Assembly (NCBI RefSeq): GCF_000143415.4
Contig: NW_003314283.1
Coordinates: forward strand, 1,726,330-1,790,329
Length of the DNA: 64,000 bases
DNA from: Selaginella moellendorffii
Taxonomy: Eukaryota; Plantae; Lycopodiophyta
Direction of reading: 5' to 3'
Shown here: positions 11,950-23,225 of the stretch, piece by piece
How the letters are laid out: the number at the start of each line of letters is the position of its first letter
Numbering within the stretch: the stretch's first letter is position 1
The notes under the pieces: model-generated
What the model was told of the DNA's origin: nothing
Seen by the model: only the letters and a program-made list of their open reading frames with translations
The model's database searches: none
Translations under genes and position numbers: made by a program

Positions 11950-13950
11950 AGTCAGTGGTTGTATTAAATATAATGCTACTCAATCTGGAGGGTGATGAAC
12001 AAAGTGGTTGCACCACCACAGTGATGGTAATTTTAGATTTCTCACATTCAAATAGGTTTCTATGTTCGCTGAGTAGGGCTGTGAAAATTTTGGGAAATCA
12101 TTACCATTAACCAGACGGAAGAAAATGGACCAGTCTTTGTCACAGCAGTGTTCTGTTTTGGCCAATCTTATCTACACGCTACCTACCAGCACGGCATTAA
12201 GCTTTGGAGGCAATAGTTCGATTTCATGTTCTAATACTTTAATATAGAAGCTTGGAGATCCAAGATTGGTCTTAACGATTGTGTCTCCAACCAATTTGGT
12301 GAGACCCAAGCTTGTCCTCCATGCCTCTAGGCAAGAGTTACACAAGCTGGAATGTATGGTTTACAGCTATTGAAGATTTTCTATAGCTTATGAAGAGATT
12401 AATTCGTGCTCGCGAACTGCATTGGGGAGAATGAAACAATAGTTTTGGGGTGGTTTTTATTTCGTCGGAGAGTACCCGCACCTGGAACTCATGGCTTGAG
12501 ATTGGGAGAATGAGATTATTGCCAAGGTCAGGAGCGTACATCCCTTGCTCAATTTCCTGGTTGTGGACAATTCAGCATTGGATCCATGCAATCCGTTTGA
12601 AATGTTGCAAAAGGAGAGTGTCTGGAGTGCGTTGCCCTTCAAATATCTGTTTGATCCATGAGACAGTAGAAATTACCAAAATGCTGGCCGGTTGGCAAGG
12701 CATAATAGAAGTTCGCAAAAGTTTAAATCTGAGCCAAAAAAGTTCCAAGCAGCTTTGTATGCGTTACGCAAGAAATTTATGGGCCAAAGGAAGCAATGCC
12801 CAGTATCCAGCGCCCAGATTCCTAGCGCCTCACCATGCTCAATGTTCCCGATGCCCATTCCCAAAGGGCACATACTTGAAGCAGCATCTTACCTCAAGAA
12901 TCGATTCCTAACTGGGGCGTCCTAAAAAGATGAGCGGAAAATTCTTCCACTCTCCTGTCGAAGTGTGGCTGCGTGGCTGAAGCGCAGCGTCTAAGAAGAC
13001 GACGCTCTCCAGTTCTATAACGCCGGGATGAAGCTGATCGATTCCTTCACTTACGTGGCTGCGCCCCAGCGAACACTCTCGCCCCGCCAGCACCAGCTGG
13101 TGCCGGTCGCGCCATTGAAGGCCACTGAAAGCGCTGCTGCTCGCGACGATGGAATCGCCGAGCAAGACTCGCATGCATTACAGCTGTGGAACCCTCGTCA
13201 TCCATGGCTCGGCGCGATGACAAAAATGGCGTGAAAAAAGTAATTCCTTTGTCCCAGGCATATTCTCCTATTTTAAAAATAAGGAATTTCCAATAACTTT
13301 CGACCAGCCGCTATCGAAGTCTGCCAAGTGTTTCAAGTTTCCACTAACAAGGCAATCTGACTTTGGACGGTGGTGGTAATAAATTTCCATGCTATGAAAT
13401 TGCAGCTCATAGTCTGGAGAGTGATGAACAAAGTTATTCCATTCTTGCTACTCCACATTTTCACCACCACAGTGACGGTGATTTTCAATTTCTGACATTG
13501 ATGATCATAGTGTTCCTTGTTTGCTGAGCAGGGCTGTGCAGATTTTATACAAACATGCAAGGGGTTTACCATTAATCAGCCTAAACAATATGGACCAGTC
13601 ACCCTCACGGCAACGGTCTGTGAGGGCCAATCTTCCCCACACTCTACTAGCACGCCATTATTAACCTTTATGAGCAGCTCTTGGATTGAATGTAATGATG
13701 AGCTTACCTGCTGGTATAAGGAGTACAACTTGCTTATGGAGATCAAGCTTAACAGCTGCGTCTCCAACGAACTCGGTGAGCTCCAAGCTTGTGATCCATG
13801 CCTCTAATACAGAAGCTGGAATGTACTGCTCTTGAAGATTAAAGGGAAATTGAGCCTAATCCGTGTGTTGCTCCCGTGTTAATCATCACTCCTGGACTCT
13901 CCGTCGCTTGGGGAGAATGAAACGATAGTTTCGGGGTAATGTTTTGGTGT
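11950..13950 (+). repeat. Diverged tandem duplication (~1.45 kb period) of an unknown, probably coding, Cys-containing unit
   Basis: 11980-12460 is similar to 13410-13945 at DNA and peptide level (HHHSDGNFRFLT vs HHHSDGDFQFLT; TINQTEENGPVFVTAVFCFGQS vs TINQPKQYGPVTLTATVCEGQS). Confidence 0.6.
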
Positions 13951-14709
13951 TGTTGAGGCATGAGCAGTGTGTGGATAATGGACATACTTGCACCTGCATC
14001 AGTGTGTGTGGGCAATGCATGGTTTTTATTTCTCAAGTCGTCTCATTCTTTCAATGGCCGTGAACCAAGGTTCAGTTGCAAAAAAGTCCACGCATAGTTA
14101 TCTTGTTGATATGATTTTTATAAATATTGCGAGGAATACCAAGCTAGAAAAGAAGAAACCTTCTTGCGCTCAAAGAAGGAATTTGGAGAGATTTCCCTGC
14201 TCTCTATCACTAACGCATTCTTTCCTCTTCGTTGTCGTTATCATCCTCGTTCCCCAGAATGCTAATTCCCGCACCTCTGCTCCATCCAGCACAAACAAAT
14301 AAATAAACAAATGAAAGGCTTGAAATTCTCACCTTATCAGTCCTTAAAACCCTGCTTAATTCCATGGCCAGGACCAAAGGCAACGTTGGGTAATTGCTAC
14401 TGGACTCCGCCTCACCCCCATCGATCGTTCTGGCCCTCTGCGAAGCTTGTTTGCACCAGCAACTGCGAAAAGTTCTGCATCAGCAGAAGGAAAAAGAAAT
14501 CACGCGAGCGAGAGGAACTTACGCAAGGATAGTAAGAGTTGATGCTTGAGAAAGCCACACTACTCTGCCATCCAAATCAAACAGAATCTATCCGGCGAAC
14601 CCACAGTAGTGTATTGAACTGTAAAAATGAAGAGTTACACATGATTTAGCATGGAATCGAAAGTGGCCGGCATACCTGGTTATCATAAAAAAAATCCTCA
14701 GCATCGACT

Positions 14710-16494
14710 TTAACTTGCTGCTTTCACATATGCGACTAGCGCTCCTGTGGGAGAAAACGAAGTAGCTCTCTTAGCGACAAGAAATAAAAAGAGAGCTTAC
14801 CCTCAGATAAAGCCAACACAGTCTCCGGTGATAGCGCAACGAGAGATTCAGTTCCAGCACCCACAAACAGCACCTGCATCACTGCAATCTCTCAAACTTA
14901 AGACACACCCAGCGGTGATACAGACACCTCGCATACAACCTCGGGGAGCAATGGCGCCGTCAACAGAATGCATGTCTTCCGGAACTGCGAGAACGTAGAC
15001 GGAGTTCTTTCCATCTGATAGCCACAGTGTCCTGACCCCTGAGTAAAACGAGAGAAAAGTGAGGTATACGAACCAAAAGAGTCATTTTACCTCCTGTGTC
15101 CGTAGCACACGGAACGACCGCAAGAGAGGACACGCGAAATGGAACCTCAACAGACCTGGTGTCCACGCGCACGACAGCGCTCTTGGATGATCTCGCCCTG
15201 CCTTTCGCAAAAATGGACCTCTTAAAGCTCATCAGCTGAAGCTTTCCCGACGAATCAAGAGCCAGAAAAGCAGTCGCCGACAGAGGATGGATTGCCACCA
15301 CCTGTTCCATACCGGTCAGTGCTACACTGATCGACTGCTGTGCTTCTCTGATCGCCTGCACAGCCGCCTCTTCGCAGTGTTTGAGTGACATAACACCGTT
15401 TTTCTGGTGATCTGCAAACACAGGATCGTCTCAGGATTAAGCTTGCACAATCTCCGTGACTTACTAGGTGATGACTTTGCTGCTCGGTGATCACAATCCT
15501 TATCACCGCACTTCCCAACTTCCGGCACAAATTCATCATCCAAGCTCGACGAGTCATCCTGGCTCAGGTCTCGGAAACCGTTCTTCTTCACCACCACTGA
15601 GTTGAAGAGGTACTTTTCGTACAAGCCATTCAAAGGAGCGTGAACTCGAGTAGCCGCCTGCTTGTTGTCATCGCCGCACGGAGGCGGAAGAGCAGCAACA
15701 GTAGAATCGATCGCTAACTTTTGCCTCGCACTCAAACTCCGGCCCTTGACGAGTGGCCGGAGAGGGAAGACGCGAACCCTTCCAATCTCGCCGATAAGCA
15801 AGTGCTGCATGGAGAGATGGATCGAGTAGACCGGAGCAGCACTGCAGTCGAGTAGCGCACAGCTGAGGAGGAGAAGCGAGCCACTAGAGTCGCCAGCTTT
15901 GGGATCCTGGAGCTTGGCAGCAAACAGCCAGACCTTGCCAGCCACGGGGGAGTGGAGGGCGATGAAGTTGACAGACGCGACCATCTTCACTCCCATATGG
16001 GGGATATCGAGCCGGGCAGCCATTCGCGGCGACGAAGAACCCCCAAAACCCCCTGCCTCCAGCGGCACCTGTCTCGTCGTGTCAATCGTGTCGCAGCACC
16101 ACGCCCGGAGATCCGTGCACGATCCAGTCGTGCCAGGCGATGGCGACGCCACTAGGAAGAAGCTGTGATGGCGGCAAGGCGCGGGCGAGGAGAATTGGCC
16201 GAATTGAAGCGCGACGCCATCGATTGTGGGAGATCCGGCATGGCCGCCGCGTACCTGAGCTCGGAGGAAGCAAGCGTCGGAGCAGCCGGGCGCCTTGAGC
16301 CGCTTGTAGGATTGCCTGGAGGAGATCGGGGAGGAGGGATTTGAGCTCCCGGGATCGGCGAGGAGCGGCAGGAGGAGGCAAGAGGAGAGATTATCGGATA
16401 GAATGGCGGCAGCTACAGCCTTGTCGAAGGGCTCCAGTAGCAGCCTGGCCACGGAATTGGAAGGATCCACTACTCCAAGCCTGCACGCCCGCAT
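14710..16494 (-). CDS. Conserved plant uncharacterised protein (beta-rich, multi-exon)
   Basis: Long first exon (LLSCALLDC..PVYSIHLS..HLLIGEIGRVRVFPLRPLVKG), then GT-AG-linked exons AFLALDSSGKLQL, RTLWLSDGKNSVYVL, VMQVLFVG and GALVAYVKAAS*. Confidence 0.7.
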
Positions 16495-16953
16495 CCCATT
16501 CCTTGTTGCAATCTAACTCACCCGGAAGAAGCGCGAGACGATGGAGGAGAGCAGCGAGACGAAGACGACACCATTCATCATCGATCCAACGACAAACCCT
16601 AACCCTGTCCAATCGAAATTATTCCCCTCCCAAAGGGCGGGTATATTCCGTCGCCGTCTAGACGGAGGGATATTGCGAGGTCCGCTCTTTGCTTTGGCCC
16701 CTTGCGCCTAGAAATGGGGAGCTCCTCCGCCGAGGCCAGGGTTTCTGTGGATCGCGATTGCGAGTGCATCCATTTTCATTGCCGTTTTCCTTGCCATGCT
16801 GCTGCGCCGGGGAGAATGAAGCATCTCGTGAGCTTTAGTTCTCTCAATCGCTTGCTTCTTCTCAATCATGTCTTTGATCTCTATCACTGCCTGAAAGAGA
16901 GAAGCTCTTCGTTAGCGTAGCGAGTTTTGTTCCTGCTCGCCGATCACGCAGCA

Positions 16954-19640
16954 ATGTATGCGTCGCCAAGGAGGATTTTGGTGGTCGTGGATGCTTCCAG
17001 GGATCAGCTCATTTCTTCGCAAGCTCTCACTTGGACGCTCAATTCGTTTGCTCGGCCCGACGATGTGATCAGGCTGCTTGGTGTTCTTCTCCAACCGGCC
17101 AAAACTTCGCAAGCAATGAGACGTGAGTTTTTTCTTTTCATGCTAGAAAACTTTCATGCTTACTTTCTCGGCAGTGGGACACAAGTCCCGAGCTGATCTC
17201 GATCCAGATGTTATATCTGCTGCGAACGAGGACAACTTTGCTAAGCTCAAAGAAAATTCCCAGGCAAGCTTGCCTAGCTTTTCTATAGACAGTAATAAAT
17301 CTGTTTTATTCTTGTCAAACAGGTTGCTCTGAGCTTCGCCATTATTCGAGGGTTTCAAGCGAGAAATGTATTACTCCGGGATGCAAAGGTTTTTGCTCCG
17401 ACATGGATTGTTATGGACAGGTCGAGACGATGTGTTGATTTCAATCCTCGTGCATGCTAATGAGCTCAACGCATTGCAGGTTTATGAAGAAGGAAGTTAC
17501 ATATATCAATGAGCTGCTGGAGTGTAACTTGGCAGTCATGGATAAGCACGGCAAAGGACGCGTCGTGAAACTCGTCACTCCCGATAAATGCGATGTGGAC
17601 TCCAGTGATCTCTTTGAGCTAGAGGTTCCACTCGGTCTGACTAGCATGGATTCCTGCACCGACCACAAGCGCAAAGTGAATTCTTCGCCGGAAAACAACA
17701 ATGCGAATCAGCGCAGCGCGACTTCTGCAAACGCTCCAGCTGTTAGTGGTGAAGCCACTGACAATACTACATTCGCAAGTGAACTCGTGAAATGTAAGCT
17801 CCTGCTTGCTATACTTTCGATCATGTTTCTTACAGTTGATTACACAGCCAACGGCCAGGTGTCAACAATAGACTCCGGTTTCACTGCAGAAGAGTCTGCA
17901 TCTCTTGGATCATTTCGATGCTTTCTGAAGCTCAGTCCCGATAAGAACTCACCGCAAGGTAGCATAGAGGCAGTCTCGGATCGGCCAAGCTCCGGCACAG
18001 GTCCTATTTCTGTACAGCCAGACCGCCGATCGGAGATGCTGGAGCTCTTAGGCGGGCCCAACGAGCTCGAAACCAAGCTTTTCGATAGTTATGTCGAGGA
18101 ATCATCAATGTTGCTAGGAAGCAAGTTGCACCAAGAAGCCGGCGGCAACGAGGAGGCATTTGTAAAGAACGTGGTCAGTGATCTGGATCGTTGCTTCAGT
18201 GTGGTCGAGAACCATGAGGCCAAAGGAGCGTCAGGAAATCAAGGGGCAGCCCCGCTTTGTCATCTGTGCAACAACAAGTCACCACGTTTTGGAACGCAAC
18301 CAATCATGTTTTCGTTCAGTAAGATCGAAGAGGCGACGAATAAGTTCTCCAAGGAGAACTTGGTGGCCGAAGGCGGCTTTGGATTTGTCTACAAAGGTGT
18401 CCTCTCAGATGGGCAGCTGGTTGCTGTAAAGCAACACAAGCTCGCGAGCAGGCAGGGGGACAGGGAATTCAAGGCCGAAGTTGAAGTTCTTAGTAGTGCT
18501 CAACATCGAAATCTAGTGACTCTGATTGGTTACTGCACCGAAGGTGGCCGAAGAATCCTCGTTTACGAGTTCGTCTGCAATGGCTCGCTGAATAAGCATC
18601 TCTCCAGAAGTAAGTCTTCGCCAGTTTGTCTCGGATTCACGGTACTGATGATTCCTTTTGTTCTAGAGAATCCGAAGCCACTTGACTGGCCCTCAAGACA
18701 GAATATCGCCTTGGGAGCAGCCAGAGGGTTGCGTTACCTCCACGAAGAATGCCGCATCGGATGCATTGTTCATCGTGACGTGAGACCAAACAACATTCTT
18801 GTGACGCACGATTTCACTGCACTGGTAGGCCTCGAATCCTCGTATTCTGCCCCAGACTAAACTCGTTTTGTGAAACTCGAAGGTGGGAGACTTTGGCCTT
18901 GCAAGATGGCAGGCAAGTGGAGACACAGCGGAACAAACTCGCGTCATTGGCACGATCGGGTATGAAGTATCATCCGTTTTCATGTGTCTTCACAAGCTGA
19001 TTTTCTCTTTTCCAAGGTACGTAGCTCCCGAGTATGCTGAGACAGGACACATTACCGAAAAGGCAGATGTTTACTCCTTTGGATTGGTACTTCTAGAGAT
19101 CATAACCGGCCGTCCTGCGTTTGATAGCTACCAGCAACCGGGGCAGCAGCATCTACCAGACTGGGTGAGTTTCTCTTTTTCCTCTCTTTTACACCTTGCC
19201 TGATACGTTCACGGATTGTCAGGCAACACCTTTTCTGGCAGCACGCGCCGCCCATGAACTTTTAGACGAGAGAATCGACGAGTCCTCGATCGACGAGTAC
19301 GAGCTTATCAACATGGTGACGGCAGCCAGCCTTTGCATCCAAAAGGACCCAAGCAACAGGCCCAAGATGAGCCAGGTTTGCTCTTCCTTGGCTGTGACAC
19401 TGTAGCTTATCCCGTTTGTTTCGTCAGGTGGTCAGGTATCTCGAAGGAGACGACAGGGAGACTACTCCATTGTCGCCTCTTGTCGACCACAATGCCAACT
19501 TGGAGCTCCTGGTGCCATCCAAGCCCGTCCCCCCGCGCACTTCTGTACAGTTCTTCCTTCCTATCTTGGACAAGATGTTCGAGGAAATCAAGCCCAGGGC
19601 CCCGAGGAGATCGAGCATTTCCTATGATGAGATGCTGTGA
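16954..19640 (+). CDS. Receptor-like cytoplasmic Ser/Thr kinase with an N-terminal USP-like domain (HRDxRPNN subfamily)
   Basis: [10 protein letters not shown]...ALTWTL N-terminus. Kinase motifs [37 protein letters not shown] and YVAPEY across short introns. Confidence 0.92.
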
Positions 19641-19827
19641 GAGCACGGGGAGAGCAAATCTTTGTACATAGTCGTGTACAAAACTTAATTTCATTATTTA
19701 TTCAATAACTTGGTTTGAATGCTATGATACACACCATTTCTACACTGATGATTTACAACGAAGTAAGCTGTCCAACGCTGTAAAATAGCAGCATACCTCT
19801 TGATGTTCGTGATAACGAATGGAGCCA

Positions 19828-20809
19828 TCATTGGAGTCCCAGCTCCTTCTTGAGTTTCGTCAGTAGCTCCTCGATATCGTCCATCTGTGACTCTGGAGAG
19901 CTTTGGCTCTTCGCTTCGCTCTCCTTTGAAGCGCTGCCGTTCGTTTCGCGCTGCTGCTGCTGCTGCTCTTGAGGAGGAGTGTCCACGTTAAGCTCCTTCT
20001 CGAGAAACTCGAGAAACTCCTCTCCAAGCTCCTACAAAACAAAAAAAAAGAGCGCGTCATCTTTTCATTCGGCGACGGGGGCTACTTACAGCAAGCTCTT
20101 CCCAGAGGCTCTTTGGTTGCGAATCCTTGGAAGTAGAATCCCTTTTCTGCTGGAACTCAGCTTGCAAATCCCGGAAAAAATCGTCTGCAGCACGAAAAGT
20201 TCACAACTTTAGTAGTTGCTTATCAATCCGAAAATGTCTAGTACCAAACGAGACACTCAAGTCTTTGAAAAAATCACCTGGAGCAGCCAGACATATCAAG
20301 AAAGAAGAGAAACGAGAGAAACATGTCACACACCTAAGCCATAGAAATCCTCTTCTTCCACTGCTCTCGAACTGGACCTGGAACGTCTCTCGCTCGATCG
20401 CTTGCTGGCTTCGTACTTTGCGCGCTTGGACGGATCAACCAGCGTTTGATACGCTTGCTTGATCCGCATAAACTTCTCCTGTGCATCAGGCTGGAGCCAA
20501 ACAATAAGAAGAAAAAATGCCACTGGAGCTTACCTCTTTGTTAACGTCTGGATGGAGCTTGAGAGCGAGACGACGATAGGCGCGCTTGATTTCCTTCTCA
20601 TCCGCCCCCGGTGCCACGCCCAGGATGTGATACAAGCTCTCTCCATTCGAAGAGCTCTTCCAATTCTTCGCCGCAGCCGCTGCCACCAAAATGCGGCGCC
20701 TATCTCCACGCCAGCGCGGGCTAGCTGAAGAATTCAGCTTCCGGAAGTGGCCGCGCCACGAAATCGATGTAGCATTTCCTAGCGGAGGAATGCCACACGC
20801 GCAATGCAT
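19828..20809 (-). CDS. DnaJ-domain protein, probably plastid-targeted
   Basis: J domain LYHILGV...[33 protein letters not shown]-terminal [20 protein letters not shown]. Multi-exon. Confidence 0.9.
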
Positions 20810-20841
20810 GCCCCAGTCGCGCAAGCCCTAAAAACAGAGCT

Positions 20842-22887
20842 TTAGGGTTCTTGAGCAGAAGAAGAGGAAATGGCGGTGGAGAGCGCGATGTAGGAAGATG
20901 AATTCCGCGGCTCCATCCCCAGGACGTGCTCAGCCGCATCGCCGGCGTGCTCGTCGCTGGATTGGACGCTGCTGGCCCCAAGGAGCGACATCCAGGCGAG
21001 CGGCTTTGGATAGAAGGGCATGATTTCGATGAGTTCTTGCGCGCGCTGGAGCTGCCCTGTCCGTCCCAGCAGATCGACCATGCATTCGTAGTGCTCGGCG
21101 ATGGGCTGCATGCCGTGGTCCTCGATCATGGAGAGGAAGTAGTAGCGAGCGTCACGGAGGAGGCCCGAGTGGCTGCAAGCGAACAAGATGCCCACGAATG
21201 CGATGGGGTCAGGGCAAATGCCCTCGCGGCGCATCGCCTGGAACCACTGCAGCGCTTGCGATCCTCGCCCCAGCTGCGCGTACGCCTCGATAAGCGCTGT
21301 CCAGCAATTCACACTCCGGATCTCCATCGCATCGAACACCGCCTGGGCGTCCTCCGCCGATCCACACTTGCCATACATGTGGATGAGCGCGTTGCCTACC
21401 GGGCTGGTGCCAATCTGGAAGCTTGCATCCACGATCCGGGCGTGGAACGAGCGCGCGAAGCCCAGCTGATCAGCCGATCCCACGCTGGCGATCGCCGCCA
21501 CGATGCTCGCGAATGTGCCCTCGCTCGGCTTGACACCCTCGAGATCCATCCTCCGGAGCAGCGCCACCGCCTGGGCGTGGCAGCCGTGGCTGTGCTCCGC
21601 CGCGATCATCGAGTTCCAGGCTATGGAGTCCTTGTGCTGGATCCGCTCGAACGCTCCCCGCGCATCCTCCAGCCTGCCGCAGCGGCTAAACATGTTGACG
21701 ATGGTGGTGGCGAGGATAAGGTGATCGCCGGCGGCGGCGCCGCTGCTAGCGCCGCCGCCCAGCCGCTCCCCGAGCATGGCCTCGATCCGGGCGTGGATTA
21801 GCGCCGCCTGGGTGGGATCTCCGAGCACGCAGCCCGCGGCGGCGATTCTGGCCATGGTGGTCTCGTTTGGGCGGATGAGCCCCTCGTGATCCATCTCCCA
21901 GAGGAGGCGGAGCGCGGCGGCGGCGTGGCGGCGATCCTGGCGGGCGGCGTAGGCGGAGATGACAGCCGTCCAGGTGATGACGCTGCGTGATCGCAGTGGC
22001 ATTTGATCGAACACCTCCCTGGCTTGATCGGGCGCGCCGCAGCGTCCATACATGGCGATGAGCGCATTGCCCACCGCTGGATCGAAGGAAGCGTCGAGGC
22101 CGGTGGCGGTCATCCGGGCTTGGAGCTGCGCCGCCAGCGCCACATCGCTCACCGCCTCCGCCAGCGTCGCCAGCGTGATCGCGTTGGGTTCCACGCCCTC
22201 CACGTCCATTCTCCGGAAGAGTGCCACCACGTCGCCCCCATAGCCCCGCTGCGCCAGCGCCGCCAGCATTGCGTTCCACGGCACTACCGATCGGTGGTCC
22301 TGATCCGGGTGGCGCTGGATCGCATCGAACACGCTCCACGCATCGTCGATTCCTTCGCCGCAGCGCCCATACATGCTGAGCAGCGCCGTTGCCACCACGC
22401 CATCGCCCTGGAGCTCCTTGGCCACGATCCGCCCGTGGATCTCTCGCCCGGCCTCCAATTCCTCCGGCGATCGCGAGTGGAGCGCGCCCAGGGCGTTGAC
22501 GATGGCGATCTTGCCCGCGTCGCCGTCCATGGCAGCTCCCACGCGGTGGAAGATGTCGAGGGCCTCTCGGGGATGCCCGTTGAGGGCAAATGCCGCCATG
22601 AGGATGTTCCACGAGTGATTGTTCTTGGGCTGGATGAGATCGAAGACCGCCACCGCATCCTCCAGGCAGCCGCATTTGGCGTACATCTGGACGAGGAGAT
22701 TGTAGAGGTAGGGCTGGCGATGGAAGCGGCTCGTGTTCTTGAGGATGTGGGCGTGGAGGAGCTTCCCGGCGGTGAGGGCCCTGTCGGCGGCGCACTGGCG
22801 GAGGAGATTCCCCAGCGCCGCCGAGTCCAATTCATCCAGTTGCGGCGGTAGCGGTGGTGGCGGCGCTGGAGGAGCGGCGAGAGCCAT
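20842..22887 (-). CDS. PLS-class pentatricopeptide repeat protein with an E domain (likely organellar RNA-editing factor), intronless
   Basis: Repeated MYxKCG..EDA..VFD / WNAM / WTALI motifs, ACSHSGLL, HYECMVDLLGRTG, and an E-domain ending EPRNSSSYIALS. No DYW domain. Confidence 0.95.
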   Translation of the reverse strand: MALAAPPAPPPPLPPQLDELDSAALGNLLRQCAADRALTAGKLLHAHILKNTSRFHRQPYLYNLLVQMYAKCGCLEDAVAVFDLIQPKNNHSWNILMAAFALNGHPREALDIFHRVGAAMDGDAGKIAIVNALGALHSRSPEELEAGREIHGRIVAKELQGDGVVATALLSMYGRCGEGIDDAWSVFDAIQRHPDQDHRSVVPWNAMLAALAQRGYGGDVVALFRRMDVEGVEPNAITLATLAEAVSDVALAAQLQARMTATGLDASFDPAVGNALIAMYGRCGAPDQAREVFDQMPLRSRSVITWTAVISAYAARQDRRHAAAALRLLWEMDHEGLIRPNETTMARIAAAGCVLGDPTQAALIHARIEAMLGERLGGGASSGAAAGDHLILATTIVNMFSRCGRLEDARGAFERIQHKDSIAWNSMIAAEHSHGCHAQAVALLRRMDLEGVKPSEGTFASIVAAIASVGSADQLGFARSFHARIVDASFQIGTSPVGNALIHMYGKCGSAEDAQAVFDAMEIRSVNCWTALIEAYAQLGRGSQALQWFQAMRREGICPDPIAFVGILFACSHSGLLRDARYYFLSMIEDHGMQPIAEHYECMVDLLGRTGQLQRAQELIEIMPFYPKPLAWMSLLGASSVQSSDEHAGDAAEHVLGMEPRNSSSYIALSTAISSSSAQEP

Positions 22888-23225
22888 GGATGTGGGAAGA
22901 GTGGATAGAAATTTATAAAGCTTCCAAGCTACATTCTCCCGCCCGCCATGTCATACACCCGCTAACGGGGGTTTATAACCCCCGTGTGGAGGAGCCCTAA
23001 AATATCATTTTGGGTGTTTGCTGTGCCAGGGAGGAGGAGGAAGCCATGGCGCCCCGGGCGGCTATGGCGATGGCGATGGCGATGGCCAACAAAGAGAATG
23101 CGGCCTCCTGGAGACTTGAACATCCTCGATCCAGCCAACAATCTTGACGAAGAGGACGAGGACGACGACGAAGATCCTCCAATCTCGCGGCCGGCGCAGC
23201 GAGCGAACCGAGCTACGAGCGATCG

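Noticed and set aside
20926-22851. Long antisense and alternate-frame ORFs over the PPR gene (likewise over the CDK, PP2A and gag-pol)
   Set aside because: Expected by-product of high GC3 coding sequence; no recognisable motifs.
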